DNA of 55,410 nucleotides. Source: Cyanobacteria bacterium DS2.3.42 (GTDB taxonomy: Bacteria; Cyanobacteriota; Vampirovibrionia; Obscuribacterales; Obscuribacteraceae). Under the pieces are notes generated by a model, which searched no databases, was not told where the DNA came from, and worked only from the letters and a program-made list of their open reading frames with translations. How positions within the stretch are numbered: position 1 is the first letter of the stretch; each line of letters begins with the position of its first letter. Location of the stretch: contig PNLN01000104.1 in the NCBI GenBank assembly GCA_013823055.1, forward strand, positions 1 to 55,410, read 5' to 3'. Made by a program: the position numbers and the translations under genes. Shown piece after piece: positions 25,025 to 35,425 of this stretch.

Positions 25025-25354
25025 ATGAGCGACGAGATGAGGATTATTCCAATGGACGAGACAACCATCGATATTGAACAAGAAGAGGAAGTTTGCTCAC
25101 CGACCGATTGCGCAGGTGCCTTTGTTCACTCTTTCAGCCATTCGCTTGTTCAGGGTCCGATCGACGGAGTAGCTGAGGTCGTTAATACGATTGCCGGCAA
25201 GCGTGTGATTCCTAAAGTCGAAGTGGTCAAGACTCCGGAGAGAGCTGAAATCGGAACAAACCGCTGGCAGGCACAAAAAGCTGGCAGCGGTGCAGGCATA
25301 ATCGCCTGCTTGTTTGTAATTGGCAGCCTTTTATCGCGCGGCAGGCGCTCTTAA
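25025..25354 (+). CDS. Hypothetical tail-anchored small protein
   Basis: The ATG at 25025 has GGAGG 8 nt upstream. It has an acidic N-terminus and a C-terminal hydrophobic segment, AGIIACLFVIGSLL. Confidence 0.4.
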   Translation: MSDEMRIIPMDETTIDIEQEEEVCSPTDCAGAFVHSFSHSLVQGPIDGVAEVVNTIAGKRVIPKVEVVKTPERAEIGTNRWQAQKAGSGAGIIACLFVIGSLLSRGRRS

Positions 25355-25412
25355 AGGCCGCGTCCCGGCTCTAGCCAAAGAGAACATCAATCGAGGATCC
25401 AGGAAAACTCTT

Positions 25413-26381
25413 CTACTTGCTGGAGCCGTTTTTGGCCAGCATGGCAGCTCCGACGATTCCCGCATAATCGCCCAGTTCGGCCCGTACGATTTCGATTTTG
25501 CGCCCTGGAATTTTCAGACAGCGACGACGGGCATACAGCTCAGCCGTGTCGAAATAAAGATTCACCGCTTCAACCAGCCCGCCGCCTAAAATTATCCTCT
25601 GCGGGTTGAGGAAATTGATTACAGTGACAAGGCCTGTCGCCATGCACCGGGCAGCGTGCTCGACGGCACTGACTACCATTTCATCTCCCGCCAAGACCGC
25701 CTGCGCAATAGCCTTGGATCGTAAGATTCCCTTGGTCATGTCAACTTTCTCGCGAATCACCGAATCGTGCCCGCGCTGCAAATCGGCCAGGATATCTTTT
25801 GCGACTGCTGTACGGGATGCGTACGCTTCCAGACAACCATAGGCGCCGCAACCACAAAGCTTTCCATCCGGATAGAGCGTAATATGCCCGACCTCACCGG
25901 CGGTGCCGGTAGCGCCGCGAATCAGGCTGCCATTTTGCACAATGCCACTGCCAATGCCAGTCCCGACGAAAATGCAGACAAAATTCTTGCACTCGCGCCC
26001 GGCACCAAACGCGAGCTCACCAATTGTTGCCACTTCAACATCATTTCCCAATTTGCAGGGCAGACCGTAATGTCTGGAAAGTGGTTCTGTAAGAGGCACA
26101 TCGTTGGCTCCGATGTTCACGGCAGCAAGTAATATGCCTTTCTCTCGGTTGACCATGCCGGCTGCCCCGATACCAATTCCGCCAATCTTTTTCATCTCCA
26201 CGCCGGACTCGCTTATCGCTTCGTCCACGACCGTGATGATGCGCTTAATCACATCGTCCTGCTCTTGCACCTGGCGCGTCTTCTTTTTTGCGGTGCCGAC
26301 CAGGCGACCGGATTCTAGATTGACTACGCCTGCCGAGATTTTGGTGCCGCCGAAGTCAACACCTACTGCAAATTTTTCCAT
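25413..26381 (-). CDS. ROK-family glucokinase
   Basis: The N-terminal ATP motif is GVDFGGTKISAGVV. The ROK zinc motif is CGCGAYGCLEAYAS, and GTGIGSGIV is also present. Confidence 0.85.
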   Translation of the reverse strand: MEKFAVGVDFGGTKISAGVVNLESGRLVGTAKKKTRQVQEQDDVIKRIITVVDEAISESGVEMKKIGGIGIGAAGMVNREKGILLAAVNIGANDVPLTEPLSRHYGLPCKLGNDVEVATIGELAFGAGRECKNFVCIFVGTGIGSGIVQNGSLIRGATGTAGEVGHITLYPDGKLCGCGAYGCLEAYASRTAVAKDILADLQRGHDSVIREKVDMTKGILRSKAIAQAVLAGDEMVVSAVEHAARCMATGLVTVINFLNPQRIILGGGLVEAVNLYFDTAELYARRRCLKIPGRKIEIVRAELGDYAGIVGAAMLAKNGSSK

Positions 26382-26516
26382 GGCATCGAGTTCCCCCGCG
26401 AGCTCTATATTTTGAATTGTTTGCAGTTTTATTTCCAGTACGCCTAAAAGACATACATTTGAGAACCCGGGCTGGCGAGATTTTTCGCAAAAGGGGCAAA
26501 AATTCCCTACATCTGG

Positions 26517-29500
26517 CTAAATTCTACACTCAACTTGTGCCTGAACCTGCTGGAAAGCTCTCTCCAGCTCAACAGTCAAGCTAGCTAGACTATCCAGGTC
26601 TTCAGCGCTTAAAGAGGTTTCAATCGAAACACAAACTTCTCTCATCCGTCTTGCCGCCATTCCGGAACAAATCCCCTTTAACCCGTGAATAGATGCAGAA
26701 ATCGCTGCCATGTCGGACTCTTGCACCGCAGTTTTGAATTTGCCGATTTCAACTGGAACACACTCTATGAAGATTGCAAGCAACCGCTCATAATCCTCGA
26801 CAGAATAACGATCTCGCAACTTTTGGAAGTCAATCGCTTCATTGTCGGACTCTCGCCTAGTTGAAGGATTGGAAGACGAAAATGACGCTTGGCGAAAAGA
26901 CTGCGGCAGCCATTTTTGCAAAACGTCTCGCAGCTCTTCTGGATCAATCGGTTTACTTACGTAATCATCCATTCCAGCAGATAAACAGTTCTCGCGATCT
27001 TCTTTCATTGCATTGGCTGTCAGAGCGATGATCGGAATGTGCTGGCCACTAAACACCTCACGCTTGCGAATTGCGGCTGTTGCGGCAAAACCGTCCATTT
27101 CGGGCATCTGACAATCCATAAGGACTAGAGCGAATTTGTTTCTTTCCATTGCATCGACCGCTTCTTTGCCTGTTTTCACTGTGTGGCATTGGAGTCCGAG
27201 CTCCTCTAAATACAAACGAGCTACTTCCTGATTGAGCCGATGATCTTCAGCAAGCAAAATTAGCTCACAGTTCCGGAATGCGGGGCCGGAAGTAATTACT
27301 TTGCTGTGAGCTAAAAGTGCGCCCGTAGCCCGCTTGTCAGCATTATTGCAGACAGCATCTGAAATACAGTCAAAAATCTCTGACTGCCTCATCGGCTTAG
27401 TGAGAAACGCTCCAAATCCGATTTCGAGAGCTTTTGTGCCGGTTGACGGATTATCGAGAGCTGTGAGCAAAATCATGCGTGTAGCATTCAGATTGGTATC
27501 ACGCATTATTTCTGCGCCTAAATCATACCCACTCATATCGGGCATCACTAGATCGATCATTGCTACTTTGAATGGATCGCCTAAATGATGTGCTTTTCGA
27601 AGTTCTGCAAGGGCCACGTTGCCGCTTTCAGCCTTGACGCTGCGCATTCCCCAGGAACCTGTATATGCCTGTAAGAGCTCGAGAGCAAAAGGATCATCGT
27701 CGACCAATAGGATGCGGACGTCCTCTAGATCGTCTTTCATGCGACCCTTTGTTACATCAGGGCGTTTTTCAAAAGGTATGCAGAACCAAAAAACAGAACC
27801 CTCTCCCGCCACACTGGTCACGCCAATCTCACCTTGCATAAGTTCTACAAGCTTACGGGAAATACTCAGACCGAGGCCGGAGCCGCCGTACCTGCGGCTG
27901 GTAGAGCCATCTGCTTGCATAAAAGGTTGAAATAGTCGAGCCTGGATTTCTTCGCTCAATCCAATACCACCATCGGTTACGGTGAAACGCACATAAACAC
28001 TGTTTGTGGTTTCCCTATCGGCTGTAACTTTCAGCGCAACTTCGCCATCTTCTGAAAACTTAATTGCATTGCCAATGAGATTCGTAAGAATCTGCCTCAA
28101 CCGCTCTGAGTCGCCTCTCAATCTGTTGGGCAATGAGGGATCAACAAAACTCAAAAACGATAATCTCTTAGATCGCGCCTGCGTGCCAAACATTGTGCAA
28201 GTGCTTTCAACCACGCCTAAAAGATCAAAGTCTGCAAACTCTAGTTCGATTTTGCCAGCTTCGATTTTACTGAAGTCCAAAATGTCGTTTATAACTCGAA
28301 GTAGAGACTGCCCAGACTCTTGAATGGCAGCTGCAAAATGGCTCTGGTTTTCCTCCAGAGTGGTCTTTTGCAGAATATTGGCCATACCGATTATTGCATT
28401 GAGTGGAGTCCGAATTTCATGGCTCATATTGGCCACAAATTCAGACTTCAAACGGGAACCATTTTGAGCCTGATCTCTTGCATCTGTTAGCTGACTGTTT
28501 AGCAACACCAGTTCGCTGGTCCGCTCTTCAACCTTCTTTTCCAAATCCTCGTTAGCCTTGAGAAGTAACGCCTCATTTTGCTTTCGAAGTGATATATCGC
28601 GTGCGATTGCCGAAGCGCCAATCACCTTACCAGTATGATCTTTCAGAGGTGAGATACTTAACGACACATCTACTAGATCGCCGTTCTTTTTTCGACGGAG
28701 CGTATCGTAAGTCTCAACGGGCTGTCCGCGCCTGATGGTATCAAGCATCGTTTGCACTTCACCTTCTAATTCAAAAGGAGAAATAATCGAAATCGATCTG
28801 CCAATTGTTTCTTCTTGCGTATAACCATAAAGACGTACCGCACCTTTATTCCAGCTGGTAATTATGCCTTCGAGATTTTTGCCGATAATAGCGTCATCGG
28901 AAGATTCAACAATGGCACCAAGATGTCTGACAGTCACCTCTGCCAAATGTCGCTCAGTAATATCGTTGCTCAACTCCAATATCATCAGTGGCTGGCCCGC
29001 GGAGTCTCGTCTTAACGCCCATCTGCTTGAGACGATAATTTCTCTGCCATCCTTTGTTTCACGAGCAAATTGATCCTGCCAGCGTCCATTTTTTATTAAT
29101 TCGGCGACAATTTCGGCAAGTGGAGTAGTCTGCTTCGACTTGAGCAGATCCTGTGTTTTCTTTCCAACTGCTTCTTCCTGCCTGTATCCATAGAGTTCCG
29201 TAGCCCCGCGATTCCAGGTCAAAATGGTTCCATCGAGACTTTCGGAAGCGACAGCATCGGTGCATGAATCGACAATGGTGGCAAGTAGCGAGATGGCTTC
29301 TAAAGCACGCTGTCGCTCGATGGCGTACATAATAGACCGGCGCATCCCCTCAAGGGTGAGCGTGTTTTTGAATAAATAGTCTTGAGCTCCCAAACGCACT
29401 GCTTCAAAAGCAAGACGCTCGTCTTCCTGACCGGTTAGAATTACAATCGGGGTTCGATCAGCAGCACGCTTGATACTTTCAAAGGTCTCCAAACCAGAAC

Positions 29501-29678
29501 TATCAGGCAAGTTAATGTCTAATACGATTGCATCAAAATGCGTGCTTCCCAGAGTCTTTACCGCTTCGGAAAGGGTAGCGCAGACTGACGCTTTTCTCTG
29601 AAACCCAGGCATTCGATTCAGAAGTTCGTTAATGAAGTCTGAGTCGTCCTCGGAATCTTCAATCAATAATATTTCCAC
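26517..29678 (-). CDS. Hybrid sensor histidine kinase (REC-PAS-PAS-HisKA-HATPase-REC-REC-HPt)
   Basis: The N-terminal REC has ILLIEDSEDD...LDINLPDSSG. There are two PAS-like repeats. The H-box is FVANMSHEIRTPLNAI and the G2 box is GGSGLGLSI. Two REC domains have MIDLVMPDMSG and LMDCQMPEMDG. The HPt-like motif is SIHGLKGICSG. Confidence 0.9.
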   Translation of the reverse strand: MEILLIEDSEDDSDFINELLNRMPGFQRKASVCATLSEAVKTLGSTHFDAIVLDINLPDSSGLETFESIKRAADRTPIVILTGQEDERLAFEAVRLGAQDYLFKNTLTLEGMRRSIMYAIERQRALEAISLLATIVDSCTDAVASESLDGTILTWNRGATELYGYRQEEAVGKKTQDLLKSKQTTPLAEIVAELIKNGRWQDQFARETKDGREIIVSSRWALRRDSAGQPLMILELSNDITERHLAEVTVRHLGAIVESSDDAIIGKNLEGIITSWNKGAVRLYGYTQEETIGRSISIISPFELEGEVQTMLDTIRRGQPVETYDTLRRKKNGDLVDVSLSISPLKDHTGKVIGASAIARDISLRKQNEALLLKANEDLEKKVEERTSELVLLNSQLTDARDQAQNGSRLKSEFVANMSHEIRTPLNAIIGMANILQKTTLEENQSHFAAAIQESGQSLLRVINDILDFSKIEAGKIELEFADFDLLGVVESTCTMFGTQARSKRLSFLSFVDPSLPNRLRGDSERLRQILTNLIGNAIKFSEDGEVALKVTADRETTNSVYVRFTVTDGGIGLSEEIQARLFQPFMQADGSTSRRYGGSGLGLSISRKLVELMQGEIGVTSVAGEGSVFWFCIPFEKRPDVTKGRMKDDLEDVRILLVDDDPFALELLQAYTGSWGMRSVKAESGNVALAELRKAHHLGDPFKVAMIDLVMPDMSGYDLGAEIMRDTNLNATRMILLTALDNPSTGTKALEIGFGAFLTKPMRQSEIFDCISDAVCNNADKRATGALLAHSKVITSGPAFRNCELILLAEDHRLNQEVARLYLEELGLQCHTVKTGKEAVDAMERNKFALVLMDCQMPEMDGFAATAAIRKREVFSGQHIPIIALTANAMKEDRENCLSAGMDDYVSKPIDPEELRDVLQKWLPQSFRQASFSSSNPSTRRESDNEAIDFQKLRDRYSVEDYERLLAIFIECVPVEIGKFKTAVQESDMAAISASIHGLKGICSGMAARRMREVCVSIETSLSAEDLDSLASLTVELERAFQQVQAQVECRI

Positions 29679-29705
29679 TTTCGTTCTCCAAACTCCGAAT
29701 TTTTG

Positions 29706-30149
29706 TTATTTCTTAGGAAGTTCCACAACTCCGAACCAGAAGCTATCAATTGCGCGCACAACAGTGGTCAAACCTACGAAATCAACGGGCTTACTGACAT
29801 AGCAATTGGCGTGCAAGTCATACGATTTCATGATGTCTTCTTCCGCTTGGGATGTGGTCAAAACTACAACCGGTATCTTTCGCAATACAGGATCCGCTTT
29901 GATGTCGGCAAGCACTTCTCGGCCATCTTTGCGAGGCATATTCAGATCGAGCAAAATCAGTGAGGGCGTAACCGCATTGGCATACTGTCCCTCTTTGCGC
30001 AGATAAGTCATTGCTTCGATCCCATCGTTAACTACCGAGACACTGTTAGCCAATTTCGTCTCATCAAGGGCCTTTCGAGTGAATTCGATATCGTCTTCAC
30101 TATCATCTACCAGAAGAATATGTATCATCGAGCAAGTTTTAGTATTCAT
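29706..30149 (-). CDS. Single-domain response regulator (REC only)
   Basis: The motifs are [10 protein letters not shown] and [13 protein letters not shown], with a conserved K in YVSKP. The start overlaps the upstream kinase stop (TGATG). Confidence 0.85.
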   Translation of the reverse strand: MNTKTCSMIHILLVDDSEDDIEFTRKALDETKLANSVSVVNDGIEAMTYLRKEGQYANAVTPSLILLDLNMPRKDGREVLADIKADPVLRKIPVVVLTTSQAEEDIMKSYDLHANCYVSKPVDFVGLTTVVRAIDSFWFGVVELPKK

Positions 30150-31705
30150 CAGTCATTTAATCCCGCCGGTAATGTAGCGATGAAAGTAGTCCCTTCATTC
30201 AGTGCCGATTTCACCGTCATTTTTCCACCGTGACGTTCGACAATCCGTTTGCATATCGATAAGCCAATTCCAGTTCCTTGATACGTGCTTGCCGAATGCA
30301 AGCGCTGAAAGATCAAAAAGATGCGATCGAAAAACTCAGGCTGGATGCCGATTCCATTGTCTTGAAACTTGACGTCCCAGAATCTACCGTTTCTTTCTGC
30401 CGACACCTCTATCTTGGGTTCACCCTTACTGAACTTGATTGCATTACTTAGCAAATTTTCAAACACTTGCCCAATTTGAGAGGCATCGCCCCACACAGTA
30501 GGTAAGTTTGAGTACGTAATCTGAGCATTGGTTTGATCTATCTTTGAGCGAAGGTTTTCAATACAATTGTTCAAAACGGAATTGCAGTCTATTTCACAAA
30601 ACGGCTGCCCTCTCGATTCAATGCGGGCGTAGCTGAGCAAAGCATTTACGAGGGCCTGCATTCTTGTGACGGCGCCCCGGATCTTTCCTACATATCGAAC
30701 TGCAGTTTCATCGGTGACAGGAACAATAGCCAAGAATAGCTCCAAGTAATTAGTCACCGAGCGCAGCGGCTCTTGCAAATCATGAGCGGCCACTGAGGCG
30801 AATTGCTCCAGGTCTTTGTTTGAGCGTTGAAGCGCGACAAGACTGTCTTGCAGAGTTGCTTCAATACGCTTCTTCTCAGTAATATCGTGAAATACAATTA
30901 CTGCTCCACTTAAGATTCCAGAGGCATCTCTAAGAGGTTCGGCGTTGCAAGAAATGAATTTGACACCGGAGCCGGGAGTTTGAACTCGCAGCTGAAACTC
31001 TTTCACGCTATGTCCGGCAAGTGCTTGCGCGAGCGGCATTTGGTCTTGAGGGCACAGATGAGTTTCCCCAGGCAAATATAAGTTGTATGCTTGGCACCAC
31101 TGACTGGAATCAATATCAATTGGGCCCAAGCCAAGAATGCGCTCAGCGGCATCGTTGAAGAGAGTGAATGATCCACTTGAATCAGCGACGATAAGACCCT
31201 CTGAAATTGAGTTTAAAACCAGATCTTGCAGATTATGCTGCAAGAGCAATTTGGCTTCGATTTCTTTGCGCCGACTGACATTTTTGGCGAAAATTGAAAC
31301 ACCAGATACGTTCGTGTCGCTGCCAAGAATTGGTGAAAGATACAGTGAAAATTCCGCTGTAGAGCCGTCCTTCCTTACCAATTCCAGCTGCTGATCTTTG
31401 ACTCTCTCCCTTCCTCGAGCAAAGCCGAGAAACCTTTTCAAATGCTCTGCTTCTACAAGGAGCATGCCAAAACTGCGCCCTAGAACCTCCTCCGGACTGT
31501 AGAGAAACATGGTTTCGGCAGTTTCATTCCAGGAAGTAATGTTTCCAGCCAGGTCGCACGTGATAATTGCATCGTAGGAAGATGCCACAATAGAAGCGAG
31601 AAGAGCCTGCATCGGTACAAGCGCTTCAGCAATAACAGAAGGACGGCGCACTTGCTCGCCCGTCCTTGAATCAACAATGAACACAAAACCTTCCTGAGCC
31701 AACAT
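30149..31705 (-). CDS. PAS-domain sensor histidine kinase
   Basis: PAS-like repeats are present. The H-box is [16 protein letters not shown], the N-box is [10 protein letters not shown], and the G-box is [18 protein letters not shown]. Confidence 0.85.
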   Translation of the reverse strand: MLAQEGFVFIVDSRTGEQVRRPSVIAEALVPMQALLASIVASSYDAIITCDLAGNITSWNETAETMFLYSPEEVLGRSFGMLLVEAEHLKRFLGFARGRERVKDQQLELVRKDGSTAEFSLYLSPILGSDTNVSGVSIFAKNVSRRKEIEAKLLLQHNLQDLVLNSISEGLIVADSSGSFTLFNDAAERILGLGPIDIDSSQWCQAYNLYLPGETHLCPQDQMPLAQALAGHSVKEFQLRVQTPGSGVKFISCNAEPLRDASGILSGAVIVFHDITEKKRIEATLQDSLVALQRSNKDLEQFASVAAHDLQEPLRSVTNYLELFLAIVPVTDETAVRYVGKIRGAVTRMQALVNALLSYARIESRGQPFCEIDCNSVLNNCIENLRSKIDQTNAQITYSNLPTVWGDASQIGQVFENLLSNAIKFSKGEPKIEVSAERNGRFWDVKFQDNGIGIQPEFFDRIFLIFQRLHSASTYQGTGIGLSICKRIVERHGGKMTVKSALNEGTTFIATLPAGLND

Positions 31706-31963
31706 AATAAGACTGCAGCGTCCGCTTCGACGCAGGGCGGTACACTAGTTGCTGACAATGACTCTGAGTACCTAAACTTAGAGTAGCTCTGAAGCACTAG
31801 ACCCGACAACCAGCAAAAGAGTGATCTTTAAGTAACCCATTCGATGACCAAGGGCGCAATTACGGATACAGACAGGCAACAGATTGCCAGCGATACGCCG
31901 TCAGAATGCCGATGAACACCGCGCGGAGATCGCAAAAGAAATTCTGTTGATACTTGGCGATAT

Positions 31964-33784
31964 TTAGCCGCGCTTCTTACCTAAAAAATTCAAGTTAAAC
32001 GGATTCTTGAATGGCATTCTGAACATGTTGCGGATTTCGCGCTTTGAGGTAGGTTCTGCATGCGGGGCTGCACTCGATCTGACAGTAACGCCATGGCTAG
32101 CCTTCAAGACTCCATTTTCCAGTTGCGTATCGAGAGATTTGAGGTCGGCAGTGCTGTCGTGCTCTAGTTCTGGCTGTAATGCCGAATTTTTGATCGATGA
32201 TTCCAGCAACGACTCGGAGAAATCCTCCTGGAAGCCGAAATCAGCATAGTCTCGTCCCACAGTGCTCAGCGTCTCGGAATTGACTGAGAGGCTGGACATC
32301 ACATCTTTGGACGGGACCAGGAAATCAGAAATGTCGCTTTGCGGCTTGTACCAGCCGTTATATGGGTGATAGTTTTGCGAAGCTATGCGCTCGTCGACCA
32401 ATACGATCGAGCTGGCCACACGCCTTTGGGAATTCTTGGCGCCGCGCGTTACCGCTTTACCATCCACGACCATTGTCGTCGATCCGCCGCCGTCCAGATT
32501 GAGAGCTTCAACAGCACCCATATCACGTAGGAATTTGGCGAGATCCCACATTGTATGCGGGCCTTCTATAGTGACGAGCAAAAGATGATTGTCGGCAGTG
32601 ACACCGGCTGCAGTGCGAGCATGAATCTGAGAGCCCGTCCAACGCTTGGTGAAATGCTGCTGCTGCAGGTCCAATTGCACTTTGCCGTTTTTAACAAGAG
32701 TCGGTCCGCCGCTTACAGCATTGACCACATCAGACCAGGCAGAAGGGCGTGTTTGCCAGGCGATACTGACATTGTCGCCACGTTTCAGTTTGGAGATAGC
32801 GCCATTTTTCGAGTCTGATAGAACATAGCCGCCGTAGGGAATTCCCATGCTGCGCGAGTTCGTATCAATGACATTGCCTTGAGCATCGAGAGCAACCAGA
32901 ACACCATCATATGGCAATTGAACGTAACTGCCCCAGCGTCTGGTGTAGGCAACGAATCGGCTGCCAGTGCGCCTGGGCTGATTGATATTGTTGATCCAGG
33001 CTGTAGGCACTTCCGGATTGGACGAACGCATGATACCGAAAAGGTTAACGCGGTCTATGCGCACATAGCCATCACGCGTAAAACCCATCGAAACTCGATC
33101 GAAAAGCGGTCCGGCCACCCATTCTCCGTCGATGATCAAAGTGCCTAAGGGTGTGCCGTTCGATTTGAAATAATTCGCGTTGACGGCGGCAATGGCACGA
33201 CTCTCGCGAGCATGATCGGTAACGTCTTTGAGCTGGTGGAAATCATTTCCTGCCAGCATCGGCCGCACTTTGACGTCGGAATTGACCATGTCGACATCAA
33301 GAAGATTGATTGTCAGCGCGCCTCGATAATACTTGTGAGTGACGCCAGGTGCAATCGTTCGTGCTGCCATTTTGGCGGCCAGAGTTTGCGGTGGTATCGC
33401 ACGTGGTGCAGAAACCAGGCGCCGGACCGGGGTATTCTTACGCCCCCGGACTCGCGAATTACGAACTCCGGCTCGACCGGCGGAGCGCAACGCCGCTTTG
33501 CCACCGCGAACCTTATAGGTAATGGAGCGGGTAGATGCACCGCGGCCTGCGAAATTTCTTCGTACTGTAGCTGCTCTCGGCACCCTTCTTACATGAGGGA
33601 CCATAACAGGGCGCACCGCATGCGGCGAAACCAAACCAATCGATTGCGCCGGCAATCCAACGAAAGCCAGCGTCTGGAGCGCCAAAACAGCGGACAAAGA
33701 GACTTGTGCACTGCGCTCCATCAAGTTGAGCGCCACTGCCGGACTACCCGCCGTCGTTTTCGAGGTTTCGTTTTTCAGTTTCAA
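31964..33784 (-). CDS. Phosphodiester glycosidase family protein (DUF2233-like), Arg-rich N-terminal linker
   Basis: The core ends with ALNLDGGGSTTMVVDGK, typical of this family. A signal-like segment is VSLSAVLALQTLAFVGLPAQS. The annotated start is TTG; ATG 33721 is an alternative. Confidence 0.65.
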   Translation of the reverse strand: MKLKNETSKTTAGSPAVALNLMERSAQVSLSAVLALQTLAFVGLPAQSIGLVSPHAVRPVMVPHVRRVPRAATVRRNFAGRGASTRSITYKVRGGKAALRSAGRAGVRNSRVRGRKNTPVRRLVSAPRAIPPQTLAAKMAARTIAPGVTHKYYRGALTINLLDVDMVNSDVKVRPMLAGNDFHQLKDVTDHARESRAIAAVNANYFKSNGTPLGTLIIDGEWVAGPLFDRVSMGFTRDGYVRIDRVNLFGIMRSSNPEVPTAWINNINQPRRTGSRFVAYTRRWGSYVQLPYDGVLVALDAQGNVIDTNSRSMGIPYGGYVLSDSKNGAISKLKRGDNVSIAWQTRPSAWSDVVNAVSGGPTLVKNGKVQLDLQQQHFTKRWTGSQIHARTAAGVTADNHLLLVTIEGPHTMWDLAKFLRDMGAVEALNLDGGGSTTMVVDGKAVTRGAKNSQRRVASSIVLVDERIASQNYHPYNGWYKPQSDISDFLVPSKDVMSSLSVNSETLSTVGRDYADFGFQEDFSESLLESSIKNSALQPELEHDSTADLKSLDTQLENGVLKASHGVTVRSSAAPHAEPTSKREIRNMFRMPFKNPFNLNFLGKKRG

Positions 33785-34112
33785 ATGAGTTTCCTACTAA
33801 TGCGGACGTGAGATGGACAAAGCTTGTAAATCGTCGCTGTCAAACCAAACTGGCTCGAAATGTCATTTTGTATGGTCTGGATCAGAGTCACTCGCCTGAG
33901 TAAATTTCGCTTGCGGTTTCGGAATTTCCGAACCTCAGGTCTGATCGCTTGGATCCGGTTCCCCCCCTCAATCGGACCGAAAAGGCCCTCAACTCCTACT
34001 TATACCCATTATGTAGATAAACACATCATTTTGAGCAAATTATTTTTGACCGAGAGCAGCTTGGCATCAGGTTCTAATCCGGACCAGCCGGAGGCACCGA
34101 TGCCTTGAAAAC

Positions 34113-34148
34113 ATACAAAAAACCCACAAAAGGCGCACGAAAAGCGCC
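34113..34148 (-). terminator. Rho-independent terminator candidate downstream of glyQ
   Basis: The minus strand reads GGCGC-TTTTCGT-GCGCC followed by TTTTGTGGGTTTTTT, 73 nt after the glyQ stop. Confidence 0.5.
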
Positions 34149-34220
34149 CAGCGAATATTCAGCAAATATCCCCACCACCCGTGAGTCGGGACCTGAGTAA
34201 CTACAAAATGTCCCGGCTGG

Positions 34221-35162
34221 TTATGCCTTTTTCTTGGAAGTGAGTTGCTGTTTTTCAGTATATGACTTGACCAACTCTTCTCGCTCGTTTTCCGGACAAA
34301 GCGGGAAACCCATCTCGATTCGTTGATCGAGGAAGGCCTGTGCCACTGCTCCGGATAATTTGCGGATTTCCAGGATAGTTTTCATCCTTTCGTCGCGCCC
34401 CAAAACTCCCCGTGCATCAAGCAAATTGAAAGTATGCGAACAGCGCAATATTTGTTCATAAGCCGGCATGACCAGCCGTTTTCCAATCAAACGCTCGGCT
34501 TCCTCACGGTGCAGGGAGAAAAGCTGGCTCAGCAATTGCGGATTGCTCTCTGTGAAATTGTATGTCGACTGTTCTACTTCGTTGCGATGATAGAGTTCGC
34601 CGTATTTGACTTGATCATTCCATTGCAGTTGATAGACATTGTCCACATTCTGCAAATACATGGCCAAACGCTCCAGACCATAAGTAATTTCAGCAGCCAC
34701 AGGACGCACTTCCAGTCCACCGGCTTGCTGGAAATAAGTGAACTGAGTTATTTCCAGCCCATCCATCCAGACTTCCCAACCAACGCCCCAGGCTCCCAAG
34801 GTGGGCGATTCCCAATTGTCTTCGACAAAGCGAATGTCATGCTGAAGCGGATCGACGCCAAGGGCAGCGAGACTCTCCAGATAGACGTCCTGGACGTCGT
34901 CCGGAGATGGTTTCAAAATTACCTGGTACTGAAAGTAATGCTGCAGACGGTTGGGGTTTTCGCCGTAGCGTCCGTCAGTCGGACGTCTGCAGCCGTCAAT
35001 CGTGGCCATTTTCCAGGGTTCCGGTCCGAGCACCCGCAAAAAGGTCCCCGGGCTCATCGTAGAGGCCCCCTTTTCCAGGTCGAAGCATTGCATCACTACG
35101 CAACCCTTCTTGCCCCAGAAGTCATTAAGGGTCTGGACAACCTCTTGAAACGTCTTGGCCAT
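34221..35162 (-). CDS. glyQ: Glycine--tRNA ligase alpha subunit
   Basis: The sequence matches the highly conserved GlyQ: [47 protein letters not shown]...[18 protein letters not shown]. The start at 35162 has GGAG 8 nt upstream. Confidence 0.9.
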   Translation of the reverse strand: MAKTFQEVVQTLNDFWGKKGCVVMQCFDLEKGASTMSPGTFLRVLGPEPWKMATIDGCRRPTDGRYGENPNRLQHYFQYQVILKPSPDDVQDVYLESLAALGVDPLQHDIRFVEDNWESPTLGAWGVGWEVWMDGLEITQFTYFQQAGGLEVRPVAAEITYGLERLAMYLQNVDNVYQLQWNDQVKYGELYHRNEVEQSTYNFTESNPQLLSQLFSLHREEAERLIGKRLVMPAYEQILRCSHTFNLLDARGVLGRDERMKTILEIRKLSGAVAQAFLDQRIEMGFPLCPENEREELVKSYTEKQQLTSKKKA

Positions 35163-35425
35163 CGGATAAACTCCACACTCTATTGGCAAACGCCAGTTTA
35201 GCAGAGCCTTGGCAGCTTCGTACCCCGGCAGCCGAGAAACGTTTTAAACTCGCAAACATCAAAAATCGGCACAACCATCGCCAAAAAACGGCGCCGCTTA
35301 TCGGACACTAAGGAACAAGAAATCGCCTTTAGGCTTGAATAGGGTTGATAAGTGGGAATAAGAATCTAGGTTACAGGGCATAACCCTCGTGACCGACCCA
35401 GTACAGGGAGCATTTCGGGCTATCC

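Noticed and set aside
33860-34108. 82-aa ORF in the long intergenic region; a similar 71-aa ORF lies at 47850-48065
   Set aside because: Neither has an SD, both have odd composition, and both lie on the strand opposite the surrounding transcription. I treat them as non-coding.
33212-35201. Plus-strand ORFs of 199 aa and 255 aa opposite the phosphodiester glycosidase and glyQ genes
   Set aside because: The opposite-strand products carry unmistakable family motifs (GlyQ, and the GGGSTTMVVDG glycosidase motif). These ORFs are shadow frames.
35190-35425. T-box or other leader riboswitch upstream of glyQ
   Set aside because: I could not find the conserved T-box sequence or a terminator/antiterminator pair on the minus strand. 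The region looks like a plain divergent promoter.
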